Part shown: piece by piece, positions 26,845 through 40,300 of the stretch | How positions within the stretch are numbered: the stretch's first letter is position 1 | How the letters are laid out: every line of letters begins with the position of its first letter | Source of the DNA: a virus | Length of the DNA: 64,000 nucleotides | IMG/VR virus record: IMGVR_UViG_3300033273_000613 | Location: 7,689-71,688 of that record | Direction: 5' to 3' (one strand) | The notes under the pieces: generated by a model | The model's database searches: none | The model's input: the letters and a program-made list of their open reading frames with translations, nothing else | Told to the model about the DNA's origin: nothing | Translations under genes and position numbers: made by a program

Positions 26845-29800
26845 TTAGTCTTTATAATAATTATATAAATAATAATTTAAGGTCCTCTTAATTATATTCA
26901 ATTCATAAGAATTATATAATTCTGTTCTGTTCGCAGTTGTCGCATAACTTTGTACGATTTCACCATTTGAAGTTGTATTAAACAGATCTGTTGGTAATTT
27001 TTCTAATACTGTACCGTCAGAAAGGTGGAACTTAATCTTTATATCTGTTCTAGTTAAGGTTAATCCAACCCAAAAACCAGAGCTTAAAATTCTTTCTCTA
27101 CTTATTTTTAACCCAAAACCGTATTGGTCGTTGTAATCGAAAACATTAAATAGATTATCACCAGAAATAGTTATTGTTTTATAACCAGTAGTAGTTCCCG
27201 TAGCACCACTTAGAATATTATAAGTATTTGTGTTACCAGAATTTATTAAATCTATTGTAGTAAATAATGATGTTTGATCCCATGCATCTTTATAATCGAT
27301 TTCTATATAATCTAACTGTGGATCACCTATTTCTACATTATCTAAAAAACCAATATAACTAATGTTTATCTTATCACCAACATTAGGTATATCTTGACCC
27401 TTTAAAGTGGTAAATGTAGCATCAGAATCAATTAGATTTTCATCTAAAACTGCTTGAGCATTAGGTGGACAATCATAAAATATCGTATTAAATGAACCTT
27501 TAGACATAATTGAAAGTTTTTTTGAGTCGAGTCCCGACAATTCACCGTAATATGCCATATATTTTATTTGATTTCCTGTAGTATCTCCGCTAGATGTCAA
27601 CTCAGGAGGTAAATAAACCTCACCACCTGCAGTATCTAACCCATCAATTAACAAATCATTAAATACACTTGACCATCCTTGTTCAGTTGTAGGTTTCAAA
27701 CCTAAATTACATCCCAAAAGATGTCCAAACAATTTTCTATCCCAACTACCACTATTTGTTAGATCGCTCACTACCATTGTAGAATACACACTTTCTTCGA
27801 AAACTTGTCCTGTAGCAGTATTTTCCACATCTAAATCACCAGGTACTGAAATTTCAGGACAAATACTGAAAATTATATGAGGAGAACCACCAGAATAATT
27901 TTTAGGTGAACCTCCAAGTATATTTTCATAGTATTCTCTAAAACTAGTATTATTTCCCACATCATATGGTGGTATCACATCGAAATCAAAAATTTCCCAA
28001 CTTATATCAAAATTAAACCCGTAGTTACCAATGACCGCATTTTCTTCAATGTGTGAACTAAAATAATTCAAAGCCGAAATTATACTGGTATTAATAGATG
28101 TACTATCAACACCAGTTCCATCACCATAAAAACTATTCAAGTAGATAAACAATTTTATTCTAACGGTACCCGTAAAATTAATAGTCGGTTGGGTATCTGA
28201 AGGATCTACAATATCAAACTCATAATCGATCAAACCTCCATTATCATCTATGAACGGTATTTGGTGCGATCTAAAAAGATTATACCCCAAACTCCAATCG
28301 TCAAAATCAACTACCTGATAGAATGTTTCACCATTTGTTAGTGTATTATTATCATATTCAAATCCAGTATTATATGTTAATCCAGATATTTTATCCCCAA
28401 TACTAGGATTGATACCTATAGGTTCTATAGATGTGAAAAAATAAGTAAAGTTTGTACCCAAACCACTCAGAAATAATGTTTTACTTGAGAAAAAGCTAAA
28501 TTCCACATCTTTATAATTCTTATGTACCGCACTCAGAGTATAATTAGGTTCTGTACTTCCACTATAAAAATCATATATCAGTTCTAGTCCTTGTGGTGAA
28601 ATTTCTTTTCCATTTTCAGAAGTATCACCAGTCAAATTTAATATCTTTCCAGTATCTAAAACAATTGATAGGTCATAATTTATATTGTTTTTATTAAAAA
28701 ATAAAGTTTTGGGTTTTCCAATAAATTCAGGGCTAAATTCTCCACCTGTAATTTGATTTGGCGGTATAGTAAATTCTACCACTACAGTATCTCTCTCTTG
28801 ATTTAATACACCAATTTTGTAATAGTTTTCCGAAGCATCAGTTGAAATAAAAAATGTTGAATTAGTTGAACCTGATTTTGCATCAAGATACCCAAAAGCA
28901 TCATACGCATAAGAATTCCCTGTTATATAATCATCGTCAAGTGTTATACTTTTTTTGATCGTTTCCTGGGAAGTTTCTAGAGTTACTTTAACTGTCGTCG
29001 ATTCGCCCACAGTTAGATATACATCTCCATCATCGGCCAAATCGATATCCTGCATTATTGTATAATTCTCACTATTATAAAATGTATAAAGGGTTGAGAC
29101 GTCTGGGGTTTCAACAAAAGAAAAATTAATATGATTTGTAATAGTATATCTCTCAACTAAATGAGTAGTTGAATAGGTTTCTCCGCTTATCACAACATCA
29201 TTAGCAACTCTTAAAACATAAAAATAATTTTCGTCAACTTTAAAATCTTTTACATTTATAATTGAAAATTTACCTAATAGTGTTTCTGATAACAAAGTTC
29301 TGGTTTTATTGAACGTACTTAAATTAATCGCATTGATATATGTTGGAGGTTCTGTTTGATTTTCTTCTAGATCTATTTCAATTATATAAAGTATATTATC
29401 ACTAGATTCATTTAAACCAAAAAAATGATTTTGTGAATATAATGCAGGTTTACAACCTTTTACCTCATAAGATGTAAATCTATCATTAAATGGGAAAATA
29501 ACTCCCGGATGTGAGGTTTTTTTAACACCATCCCATTCAAATATCGAGTTGAATTCTTTTGCCTTTCTTGTGTACGTTGATCCTGTCGTTCTGATTTCTA
29601 GGTTCATATCGTCCATTTCTAGAATAACATTACCTGCGAAAGCAGATACATTCTGTGGAAGATAATATATTCTAATCATAAAATTAGACAAATTGTCATA
29701 GTCTAAAATACCTTTAGAAATTAAATTACTAATATTCAATTGGATACTTTGTTGTGTAGTATTACCCGATATTAAATTTTCTGGTTGAGATTCTGGTTCA

Positions 29801-31356
29801 GTTTTAAAATATACAACTTCATAGTCACTACTAACCGGATTGGGGTCATTTTCCTTTCTCGCATAAATAACATATCCCATTGTATCTGTCCATGTTACAT
29901 CATTCGGATCGATATAAAAATCCCAATAAGATATCATCATATATTTTTCGATTCCAGTTGTAGCGGTGAAATTAAGTGTCATTCCAGTGATCTCTCCTTC
30001 TGAGAATTCACCATTTGTCATGTAGGAAAATAAGTTTAAATTCAAACCGGTGTACACACTAAATCCTTCGGCATTAGTTTGTCCCCTATTAATGAATTGA
30101 CATCCAATAGGATCAGTAGTTAAAGGATAATCTCTGTAAGTTGTGTTTGCAGAATATATTGTATTAGTCCTATCCATCAATGCAGGTGCATTGAATGGTG
30201 CATTATACAGAGGTGACGGGTCCATTTGGTAAGACATAATCGCAGAATAACCTGGTGCTTCTCCAGAGTATGCAATAAAGAACTGTCCTTCATTGTAACT
30301 TGGCTGTGTATTTGCAATTGACAAAAATCTAGTAAGACCATCGATAGCATCAACAGGTAGATCGGGAAAAAGATCTATCCAACCACCTACTAAATTATTA
30401 AAACTATGATCCAATCCCAAGCAATGACCTAATTCGTGAAGTTGTACTTGTGCCCACCAATAATCATTTTCTAATTTTGGTATATTAGTCCACAAATTTA
30501 AATTGATTATTGAATATGGTGTATGCATATACCCAAAACCAGTATAAAAACCATCCTCATAATCAGTATAAATGACCTGATAGTGACATCCCGTCTCTTT
30601 ATATAAACCACCTAGATTAAAATAATGGTTATAAGAGATAATTGCAGGTAAAAAATTCATGATTCCGGGATTATCATTATATTCTTGAACAACATCGTTA
30701 TGAACTGTATACTTAGTACCAGGTCTATAAAAAGCATCTTCTTCATTTGTTATAATATTGAGGTCATATTCATATGAATAATCATCAAAACTATTATTAA
30801 AATACGTTTTCATAAGTTCAAGAATATCTGTAAACCTAGATAAACACTCATTGTAATTGTCAAATCTTAGAAATATATCATAATCTACGTCAACTCTTTG
30901 TCTGAGAACTCTATTTGGAAATGTGGTACCTGTCAATTCATTTTCATTGATATACTTCATATCGTAAACTATTAGCTCACCATCACCAAAAACATCAAAT
31001 GGTGGTTTATATTTGTTTTTCATTCTAGCAAGCATAAAATCCGAAGTCCAAGTAGACCATTCTGAATTATCATATTCATCTTTTGTAATAACTAAAAATT
31101 GTGATTCAGTAACTTTAATATTATTACCATCCTCTTTCTTAGCAGGAATAGCTGAAAATCTTTGTTTTGTAGCTCTATACCCTTTAAAGTCTGATAAGAA
31201 AAGTTCGACTTCAACATATTCTCCTGGGTGAAATAAGTATCTACCGTCCTTAGAAGTTAAATCACTATAAGGAGTATTAAACTCGGATCCAACAACCCTA
31301 TAAACCAATCCACTGGAAATCCCTGAAAGATATAAATTGTTTGTATTAGTTCCCAT
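26845..31356 (-). CDS. 1503-aa protein with one intact and one degenerate metzincin-like domain
   Basis: HELGHCLGLDH at 30406-30438 with AIMSY. The second copy has HLLGCNLGLKP at 27691-27723 with SIMSK. The central region is beta-rich. Confidence 0.82.
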   Translation of the reverse strand: MGTNTNNLYLSGISSGLVYRVVGSEFNTPYSDLTSKDGRYLFHPGEYVEVELFLSDFKGYRATKQRFSAIPAKKEDGNNIKVTESQFLVITKDEYDNSEWSTWTSDFMLARMKNKYKPPFDVFGDGELIVYDMKYINENELTGTTFPNRVLRQRVDVDYDIFLRFDNYNECLSRFTDILELMKTYFNNSFDDYSYEYDLNIITNEEDAFYRPGTKYTVHNDVVQEYNDNPGIMNFLPAIISYNHYFNLGGLYKETGCHYQVIYTDYEDGFYTGFGYMHTPYSIINLNLWTNIPKLENDYWWAQVQLHELGHCLGLDHSFNNLVGGWIDLFPDLPVDAIDGLTRFLSIANTQPSYNEGQFFIAYSGEAPGYSAIMSYQMDPSPLYNAPFNAPALMDRTNTIYSANTTYRDYPLTTDPIGCQFINRGQTNAEGFSVYTGLNLNLFSYMTNGEFSEGEITGMTLNFTATTGIEKYMMISYWDFYIDPNDVTWTDTMGYVIYARKENDPNPVSSDYEVVYFKTEPESQPENLISGNTTQQSIQLNISNLISKGILDYDNLSNFMIRIYYLPQNVSAFAGNVILEMDDMNLEIRTTGSTYTRKAKEFNSIFEWDGVKKTSHPGVIFPFNDRFTSYEVKGCKPALYSQNHFFGLNESSDNILYIIEIDLEENQTEPPTYINAINLSTFNKTRTLLSETLLGKFSIINVKDFKVDENYFYVLRVANDVVISGETYSTTHLVERYTITNHINFSFVETPDVSTLYTFYNSENYTIMQDIDLADDGDVYLTVGESTTVKVTLETSQETIKKSITLDDDYITGNSYAYDAFGYLDAKSGSTNSTFFISTDASENYYKIGVLNQERDTVVVEFTIPPNQITGGEFSPEFIGKPKTLFFNKNNINYDLSIVLDTGKILNLTGDTSENGKEISPQGLELIYDFYSGSTEPNYTLSAVHKNYKDVEFSFFSSKTLFLSGLGTNFTYFFTSIEPIGINPSIGDKISGLTYNTGFEYDNNTLTNGETFYQVVDFDDWSLGYNLFRSHQIPFIDDNGGLIDYEFDIVDPSDTQPTINFTGTVRIKLFIYLNSFYGDGTGVDSTSINTSIISALNYFSSHIEENAVIGNYGFNFDISWEIFDFDVIPPYDVGNNTSFREYYENILGGSPKNYSGGSPHIIFSICPEISVPGDLDVENTATGQVFEESVYSTMVVSDLTNSGSWDRKLFGHLLGCNLGLKPTTEQGWSSVFNDLLIDGLDTAGGEVYLPPELTSSGDTTGNQIKYMAYYGELSGLDSKKLSIMSKGSFNTIFYDCPPNAQAVLDENLIDSDATFTTLKGQDIPNVGDKINISYIGFLDNVEIGDPQLDYIEIDYKDAWDQTSLFTTIDLINSGNTNTYNILSGATGTTTGYKTITISGDNLFNVFDYNDQYGFGLKISRERILSSGFWVGLTLTRTDIKIKFHLSDGTVLEKLPTDLFNTTSNGEIVQSYATTANRTELYNSYELNIIKRTLNYYLYNYYKD

Positions 31357-31360
31357 ATCA

Positions 31361-31368
31361 AATAAATA
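31361..31368 (-). promoter_or_regulatory. TATTTATT motif, candidate late promoter
   Basis: TATTTATT-N4-ATG(31356). Confidence 0.5.
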
Positions 31369-31386
31369 TGTAAACTATCTATATTA

Positions 31387-34300
31387 TTAGTCCTCGGTGT
31401 AACCTATAAAGTTATTTGCAACTTTTACATCTGATTCGACATTTGGTGAATATATAGTTTTGATTTTGAGGTACCATCCGTCTACCTCCCATATACTATT
31501 AGTATACACCGCCAGATTTTCAGAACCTAATATATTTGGTATTACCAATTTACTATTTTGTGTTCCACTAAATGGCCAGAATTCACTACTGTCATCATAG
31601 TAGTATTGAGAAACTGAAACACCCACAATACTGGCTATATATGTAGCATATACATAACCTTGTGAAGGTGTTGGTGAATTTGTAGGAAATGGAGTACTAT
31701 AAAGTACATCTGTGGTCGAAGGTGTCAATGAGTTTGTTACTGTTACTGATGGTGTTACAGATGGTGTGTAAGTATTTGTTGGTGTTATAGTATTTGTCGG
31801 TGTTACTGTATTAGTCGGAGTCTTCGTTGGTGTTGGTGTTATACATTCATTATTGAAATTATTACACTCATCACAATCCTCAAATTCATTTATTGGTGAC
31901 TTAAATTCGTAACCAACGTATATTATGTCAGCAATTGCTATCACCTTATAACAAGTATTATCTACAAGTACTACATTGTTATCAATTGCGTATGTCTTAG
32001 ACAAGTTGACTGTGATTACATCACCATCACAACATCCACTCAATTGTACACCAACATAATTTATCGGACTTTCAGTAATCGATGGTGTCACTGTGGTAGT
32101 ATTGGAAGGTGTATTTGTAGGTGTCTGGGTCTGTGTCGGGGTCTGGGTTGGTGTTTCAGTTTGAGTTTGTGTTTGAGTTGGAGTTTGAGTTGGAGTTTCG
32201 GATGGTGTAACCGTATTTGTCGGAGTATTTGTTGGTGTTGGAGTGTTGGTAGCACCTAACGATTTAGTTGGCGAAGCGGTCGGAGTAATTGTCGGCGTAT
32301 TGGATGGTGTTTGAGTATTTGTTGGGGTATTACTTGGTGTTATTGTATTTGTCGGTGTCTGAGTAGTAGTTGGTGTATTAGTCATAGTCTGAGTCGGTGT
32401 CAAACTAGCAGTATTAGATGGGGTATTTGTTGGTGTTGCAGAATTAGATGGTGTAATAGATGGTGATAAAGTAATTGTTGTAGTTACGGTTGGTGAAACT
32501 GTAATTGATGGTGTTGGACTTTGAGTGTTAGTCGGTGTATTTGTTGGTGTTTCAGATGGAGTTACTGAAGATGTTGGTGTAAGAGTATTTGTCGTAGAAG
32601 GAGTATTTGTTGGTGTCTCAGATGGTGTCACACTATTAGTTGGCGTATTTGTTGGTGTAGGTGTATTTGTTGGTGTTTCTGTATTACTCGGCGTTTGTGT
32701 CGGTGTAGGTGTGTTCGAAGCCGTCTGTGAAGGTGTTATTGTTGGTGTCTGTGTAGACGTAATAGATGGTGTCACAGTATTTGTTGGTGTGTTAGTTGGA
32801 GTCTGTGTCTGAGTCGATGTCTGAGTAGGTGTTTGAGTACTAGTCGCAGTTTGTGAAGGTGTAACTGTATTTGTTGGAGTATTAGTTGGAGTCTGTGACG
32901 TTGTTACTGTTGGTGTTGGTGTAGGACAGATAACCTCAGAAGTACATCCACTACATGATGTATAAACATCTGACTCAACTAATTCACCATTATCCCTATC
33001 AGATAATTGTATAACTTCGTAACATTCATCGTTATATTCTATAATGTCATTAATAGAAATCAATCCGTTGACAAGAACTTCCTTTACATCATTTCTACAA
33101 CAAGAACTTATCATTACTGATTTTATAAGATCCTCTAACTTACCACTAGGAGTAATTGTAGGAGTATTAGTTGGTGTTGGAGTATTGGTTATAGTTGCTG
33201 TTAATGTTGGTAAGATACCTTCTCTTAATGTTGAAGAACATTCAATATCATAATCGATACTCATATTCAATGACATGGTAGCATCTTCTAGCGGATCTAC
33301 GTCATCAATAACTTCTGACTTGACAGTAACAAGATTCGTCAGTAAATCCACATCATACTCACTGAAATATTCAATTGATGATAGTATCGATGAAACTGCC
33401 GATGCCCATTGGTTATCGGATGGATAATCGTAGATATTAGTAGAGTTGTAGAAATTAACTGTTTCGTCAATTGTTATACCATCACCCAATATGGTAACTC
33501 TAGCCGTAAATGTTGCATTAATGAGTACACAACCAGCGTTACCATAGGTTACCTCAGTAAATCCTTCATCAAACATATTTTTGATAGATCTCTTACCTGA
33601 TGTGGTTATATTAAAGTCACTACTAGAAATTTCTATTATCTGACTAGATTCTACATTAATTGATCCTTTTAATTCAACACTTTGTTCTAATAAACAACCA
33701 CTACTATCTATAACTGTTACAGTGTAAATACCAGAAGTTAAGTTCTCATATATACTCTGATCAGAAGCATTACCACCATTGAAACCATAAAAATATGGTG
33801 GTGTTCCATCGGTTACTAGTACTTCAATTCTTCCATCATTACCATTTACTGGTTGTTGAACTATTAATGTAAAGTTTATACCACTACTTGTACCAATAGT
33901 GAAATAATCCTCTAAACTACATCCATTATCGTTTGTTAAAGTCGCCACATATGTAGAAGGCGCTAGATTAACTACATTAAATGATGCTGTGGTTGTACCT
34001 ATATTTTGGAATACAATTTGTTGATTTACCGTATTTTTAACTATGATATCATACGTTGAGGTAATTCCTAATAACTCATCTAGTAACTGATCATTATTAC
34101 TGAATATTAATATATATGCAGACCCATTATTTTGACCACATGTAGTATCTGCAATAGTTTTTTGAATAGTAAATGGTATCTCAGCGTCACCTATTGTTAA
34201 TTCAGATTCGAATGGACAAATATATTCTTTTTCAGTAGTATTATTTATTGTACCCGCAGTAATACTCCAAGGTCCTGAAGCCAAACCAGTTTGATATGTA

Positions 34301-37300
34301 TCAAATTGGTTAGTTACAACATCAAACTCTACCTCACCGTAATTAGAAGTGGGTGAAGAACACACACCATGATATCTAAATAATGTTTGACCCACTACAA
34401 ATTGACCATCAACTTGAATACTTATCGTACCATCATTTCCACAACCAGCATCAGTCTTAGTAATTTCAACACTATTTAAACCTCCAAGATCGTTAATTGT
34501 AAAATTAGTAACCGTATTATTGTTTGATTGACAACCATCAACATCTCTAACTAGAATAGTGTGAGCACCTGCACATAACCCTGTAAGTGTCACTTCATTA
34601 CCATCAACTTCCACAAATTCTCCCTGGTCCAACTTTACCTCGAATGGTGCCGTACCACCAGAAATTGTGAAATCAATTTCACCATTACAATCAAGACATT
34701 GTACTGCTCGAAGTATAATGTCATTTACAGTCAGTAAATTGACTGATGACATAAAAAAGTTTTCGGTAACCGCACAATCATTCGAATCTATTATTGTAAA
34801 TGAAGTCTGACCAACACTGTAACCTGTGAAAGCATATTCATTATTTTCGGTCTCGGCACTAAATCCATTAGGGAAGTATAATTTGTACGGAGATTCACCC
34901 GCAGTGATATTAATATTTACAGAACCACCAGTCAAATTACATTGTGGAACACCTTCAACAGTATAGTCATACTCAACTAAAGTCGAACTTTCTAAAATTA
35001 CTGTCTGCGATACTGAAGTAGTATTATCACTACCCACGATACCAACATAGTAAGCTCCTGGAGATAAGTTGTTATATGAAAATTCGGGGGTAAATAAGTT
35101 AAATTGACCGACTAAAATTTGATCTCTATAAAGATATGAACTTACAGGGTAATTATCAACAGTTGTAGTACCACTTATCAATCCGTTATCATTACCACAT
35201 GTGGTATTTCTAACTTCATTAATTGATATGGATGTACATCCTTGAACTGCCAAGCTTATAGACCTTACTTCACCTATAGAATCTGTAAAAGTAAAACCAT
35301 ATACACCATTAGGTAATCCATCAAATACAATGTTATTATATATTTGTTCTGGATAGTCACCTAATGCCGACTCAGGTGCTGGTCCATTATATTGTATAGT
35401 ATATGGTTGAACCCCTCCATTAATTACTATTGCAATTATACCACCATTTTCATTTTCACATGTACCTGTTACAGATCCAGTAATTTCGTAATTTACCCTA
35501 GTCTGATTTGTACATTCAACATAACCACTAACATCAACACCATAAAATTCCTGACTAGTATCAACACACACATTTATACCACTAGTAAAACCTGTAACTA
35601 TCGCACCTGAAGTACAATCAGTATATGAAAAACTACCTATTGTAGCTCCATTATAACAACCAATTCTTGAACATTTCGGACAGTCATCTGAATTACAGAT
35701 ATCGGAAGTCAAACTAGAAATAGTGAATTGTGGTATATCAAAAACAGGCTCACTTAAGAAGTAACATTCACCACCTTGTATAAATCCATAGTTATTGGTG
35801 TAGCCAGCGTTTAAATCAAAATTATCTAATGCACTATTAATTTGACCCAAAGAAAATCCTGTAACTGATGGGCTCACATACACATCAAAGTTTTTAAGTC
35901 CTGAACCTATCTGGTACTTAACATCTAAGTCTAAATATGTAGAATTAAGATGTAATTCATCATATTTATTTTCACTAATTAAAGCTTGTAGATTTAAATT
36001 TTGAGGACCTACATTATAGATACTTTCTCCATATTTATTTTCATAATATCCAGGACTTAAGGTACTTCCCTCAATTGACGCCACCACATGTTGTACGAAC
36101 GGAACACTATCCCTATTGTTTTCAATTACCGGGTATACTAATACATTTATAGATCCACCACTTGTTTGTACCTGGTTCCATACTTTCAAATAAGTCTCAT
36201 AGTCATGAACAAATCTTTCTGTTGGTTCGAAGTATAAACCTTCAGAATCACTAAAATCTGTGAGTTCATTTTGCCAACCATTACCATCTAATCTGAATGG
36301 ATTGTTATATAAATCTGATTTTTTTGACCCACTAGAATCCGTAGATGTAGATCCGTGATAAAGCCCTACATTACCACTAGATTGATTTGTTACTATAATT
36401 GATGTATAATTAGTATCCTCACCGGCAAAATTACCATATACATTAGTAAATGTATCTTCTTGTCCACTTTCTGGTGTAAATGGTATACCATTACTTCTCG
36501 AATCACTAACACCATATGAACCTTCTAAACGATATCCAAAACTAACACGTTTATAGATGTCACTTTCAGTTGATCCACTTTCACTTAAGTTAAATGATGG
36601 ATTTTTAGGTACACACTTACCATCGTCATTTGATTTACACCATCTAGAATCATATTTACTGTGTTCTACAGATTCACCATTAGCACCAAAAGCAGTAATA
36701 GTATTACCATTTACTGTACCAGCCGAAAGAGAACCTAAGTATGGATATGATGCATACCATAACCAGGTCTGTCCATTATCAAGTACACCACCAGTTACAA
36801 TTTCATAAAGATTTCCAGACTCATATTCATTATTATTAACTTTACCTTGATACCACGATCTTATATTTTCGGAAGCATTTTTTAACTGGGTTGCAGTAAG
36901 ATTTGTAGAATCATAAAATACATATATTTTCTGACTGTTCGCTGGGACACTAACAATTAATCTATTAGAACTATTACAACAATTTTTGGCAACCCATGAA
37001 TTTTGTAAATTAGTTGGAGTTATAGTTGGCGTTACTGATGGTGTTAAATTTGGACTTAAGGTAGGTGTCTGTGTGGGATCTGCAGTCCTGGTAGGTGTCG
37101 AAGTAATACAAGGGAAGCTTGTAGTACATTCTGTACAAGAGTCATAATCCAGATCATAATATAACAGTCCAGATTTAACACCTTTTGGAAGTGAAACTAC
37201 TGAATAGCACTTATCATTTAATCTAAGAGATTGACCAACTGTTGCATCTCCATTAACTAAAATTTCTAACACAGGATCTGATGGATCACAACAATTAGAA

Positions 37301-40300
37301 ATAATAGCTATTTTCGTTGCTGGTGAAGGTGTCGGAGTTAAGGTATTTGTAGGTGTGGGTGAAAGAGTAGAATTAATAGATACTGTTGGTGTATTTGTTT
37401 GTGATGGTGTGGGTGTTGGAGTTGAACATGGGTTACTAATACTACATTCTTCAAATGAACTATACGTTGTGTCTATTACTGCCATACCTATCGCAGGTCC
37501 ACTAGTATATGATAACGCATAGTAACATTTACCAGTAAATCCAAAATAATCACCTGGATTTACATTGTTACTTAAAAATAATGTTATTGTATCATTATTA
37601 CAAACACCTGAAACACTTACTAGATTATAAAATATTTTTTTAGTTTCACTTAATGTTGGTGTTGCAGTTGGTGTTAAACTTGATGTTGGGGTTACACTAG
37701 AGGTTGGTGAATTTGTCGGTGTTAATGACGCAGTATTTGTTAATGAAGCAGTTATACTACTTGTAACTGTAGGGGTATTAGTAGGCGTCTGTGTATTGGT
37801 AGGTGTGGGTGTACTTGTCTGGAATGTAGTTTTAGTTATTGATGGTGTTGGTGTATTTGTAAGCGTATTAGAAGGTGTTGCGGTATTTGTTGGTGTATTT
37901 GTTGGCGTATTCGTATTTGTTGGTGTTATTGATGGTGTTACAGTAGGTGTAGGTGTAGGACATGGTTGAGATTCTCTGATACATACCGAACAATTAGTAA
38001 ATGTATCAGAAAGATTGTATGTTAGTTTTTCAGTAGGATTTAATGTAGGATCATACTGAACAATAAAACATTTACCATTTTGGTCAGGATATGTAGATCC
38101 AGTATATATGAATACTTGACCAAGGGGAATTTGATCGTTTATATAAAAACCATCAGGGAATGGCTGGGTAATTCCGTCACAGCAATCTACAGGGTTAACT
38201 TTATAGTATTCATATATAATTGGAGAAATAGAAACAGTTTGTGTAACTGTAGGAGTATTAGTCGGAGTACTTGTTGGACAATTAGAGATATTTTCAGGAC
38301 AATTGTCACATATTCTAGTTGTAACATTATTAACTAAATGATCATAAAAACTACCAGTAATCGTATAATTATCTCTCCATTCCCAACAATAACCGTCAAA
38401 AGTAAAACCATCACCATACTCAAGGTCACCAATTAACGTACTTAAAACTTTAAACGTACCCGTTTCATCATTACAACAATTATAAAAAGTACCATAAACG
38501 TAAGCAGGTGTCTTAGTTAGGGTGGTTGTTGGTGTTGCTGTGGGTGTAAGTATTAAATTATTAAGTGCAGTTGCACAATTTGAGTACCATAATAATCCAC
38601 TAGTGATTGTAGGAGCAATATTATATTCTGTCGTATCTACTAATCCAAATACACTTCCTTTATAAATGAAAGCATCATTACTACCAGCGGACTCATAATA
38701 ACTCTTCGATATAAAATGAGTGGTAACTTTTTCACTTTCACCACTACCAACACAAATATTAAACGTATAACTTGTAAATGGTGGAGCCTTTTTATTTACT
38801 GTGGGTGGTGGAGTCTTAGTGGGTGTAATCGATGGCGTATTTGTTTGGGTAACAGTAGCAGTAGGTGTTATAGATGGGGTTATTGATGGTGTCGGAGTAT
38901 TAGATGGTGTTACTGAAGGTGTGGGTGATGGACAAAGATTTGTACAATGTTGGTTAGAACATACATTTTTGACTATGTCATCCGCATCCAGAGTGATAAT
39001 TGGTGTGATCGTAAGATCTTCTTTGTAGAATTCATAGCAAGTCCCAAAATAAATGAAACCGTCTTTTAAGAAATAATCTAAACTTATACCTAAAGCAACT
39101 ATTGTGGTATACTCTTCGTAATTTGCCAGTGATGGGTCAATTATGACCCCGAAATTTTTAAGTCCTGCTCCGTTTTGTTCACTTTCAGATAGATAATATT
39201 GATACGCAACAGTAGACGTCAGTGCCGAATATACATTTGTATATGTTAATGCACTAAGATTTAAATTTTGAGATCCTACCGATTGTATACTTTCACCAAA
39301 TTCATCTAGAAATCCTTGTTGGGTTATTGTTTCACCTAAGTACGATGCAATATTATGCATCTGAAATGCATTATTCCTAGTGTCACCGTTAGGGACAGTA
39401 TAGACATATGTATTGGTTTCACCACTTAGGTCCTGGATTTCTGACCATACTTTTAGATAGGATTCATAATCATGAATAAAACGATTACTAGGTTCTTTTA
39501 CATTCTCACTATCCCATCCTGACCCATCCAAAGTAAACGGATCAGTGTATAGATCTTCTTGAGTTTTGTTCCCATGATAAAATCCAATATTCCCACTACT
39601 TTCTTCAATTACAGTTATAACTAAGTAGTCATCAATTCCACCATCAAAAGAACCTGAACCAGATCTAGAAGTTTGATTTAATTCACTGTGATTAAAAGGT
39701 ACACCATTAGAAACCGAAGTATTTATACCAGTATCTAAGTCTTGACCTCGGTTAATCCTTCTAAAAATAGAATTACTATCATTAACTTCTGTCTTAAATG
39801 GTGCACATCGATACCCTGATATTGAAGGGTCACATGATCCACTAACAAAAAGACTGTTTTGTATAATATCGGTAAATTCTGTTATATCCTCAGATAAAAC
39901 AGATAACGTACCACCAGTTAATGAACCTAAATACGGATACGTTGACCACCACAACCAGTTTTCACCATTTCTTTGTGATCCTTGGTTACCAATAACCATC
40001 TCATAAAGATTACCCGGTTGCCATTGTCTTTTGACTATGTATTCACTATACCATCTTCTAATTGTTTTTGAAGCATTCTTGATATGATCAAGATTTGAAA
40101 TGGTACCATCATAAAATACAAATATTTTCTTGGGATTTACGGGGGCCTCAACATAAATGTCTTGAGAAGGGTTACAACAATTCCTAGCAATGTACTTTGT
40201 AATATGTTGAGTCGAAGTTACTGTCGGTGTCGCTTGAATTGTAGTAGTTAACGATGGTGTTTGTGTTTGTGTATGTGATGGGGTTATGGTAGGTGTGGGG

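Noticed and set aside
32066-32925. GT-rich periodic DNA as a CRISPR array or satellite
   Set aside because: There is no constant repeat with unique spacers; the periodicity is protein-level with synonymous variation.
16192-37892. 102-bp repeat as a DGR template/variable pair
   Set aside because: Only one mismatch (C/T on the sense strand), both copies lie inside linker-coding sequence, and there is no reverse transcriptase in the window.
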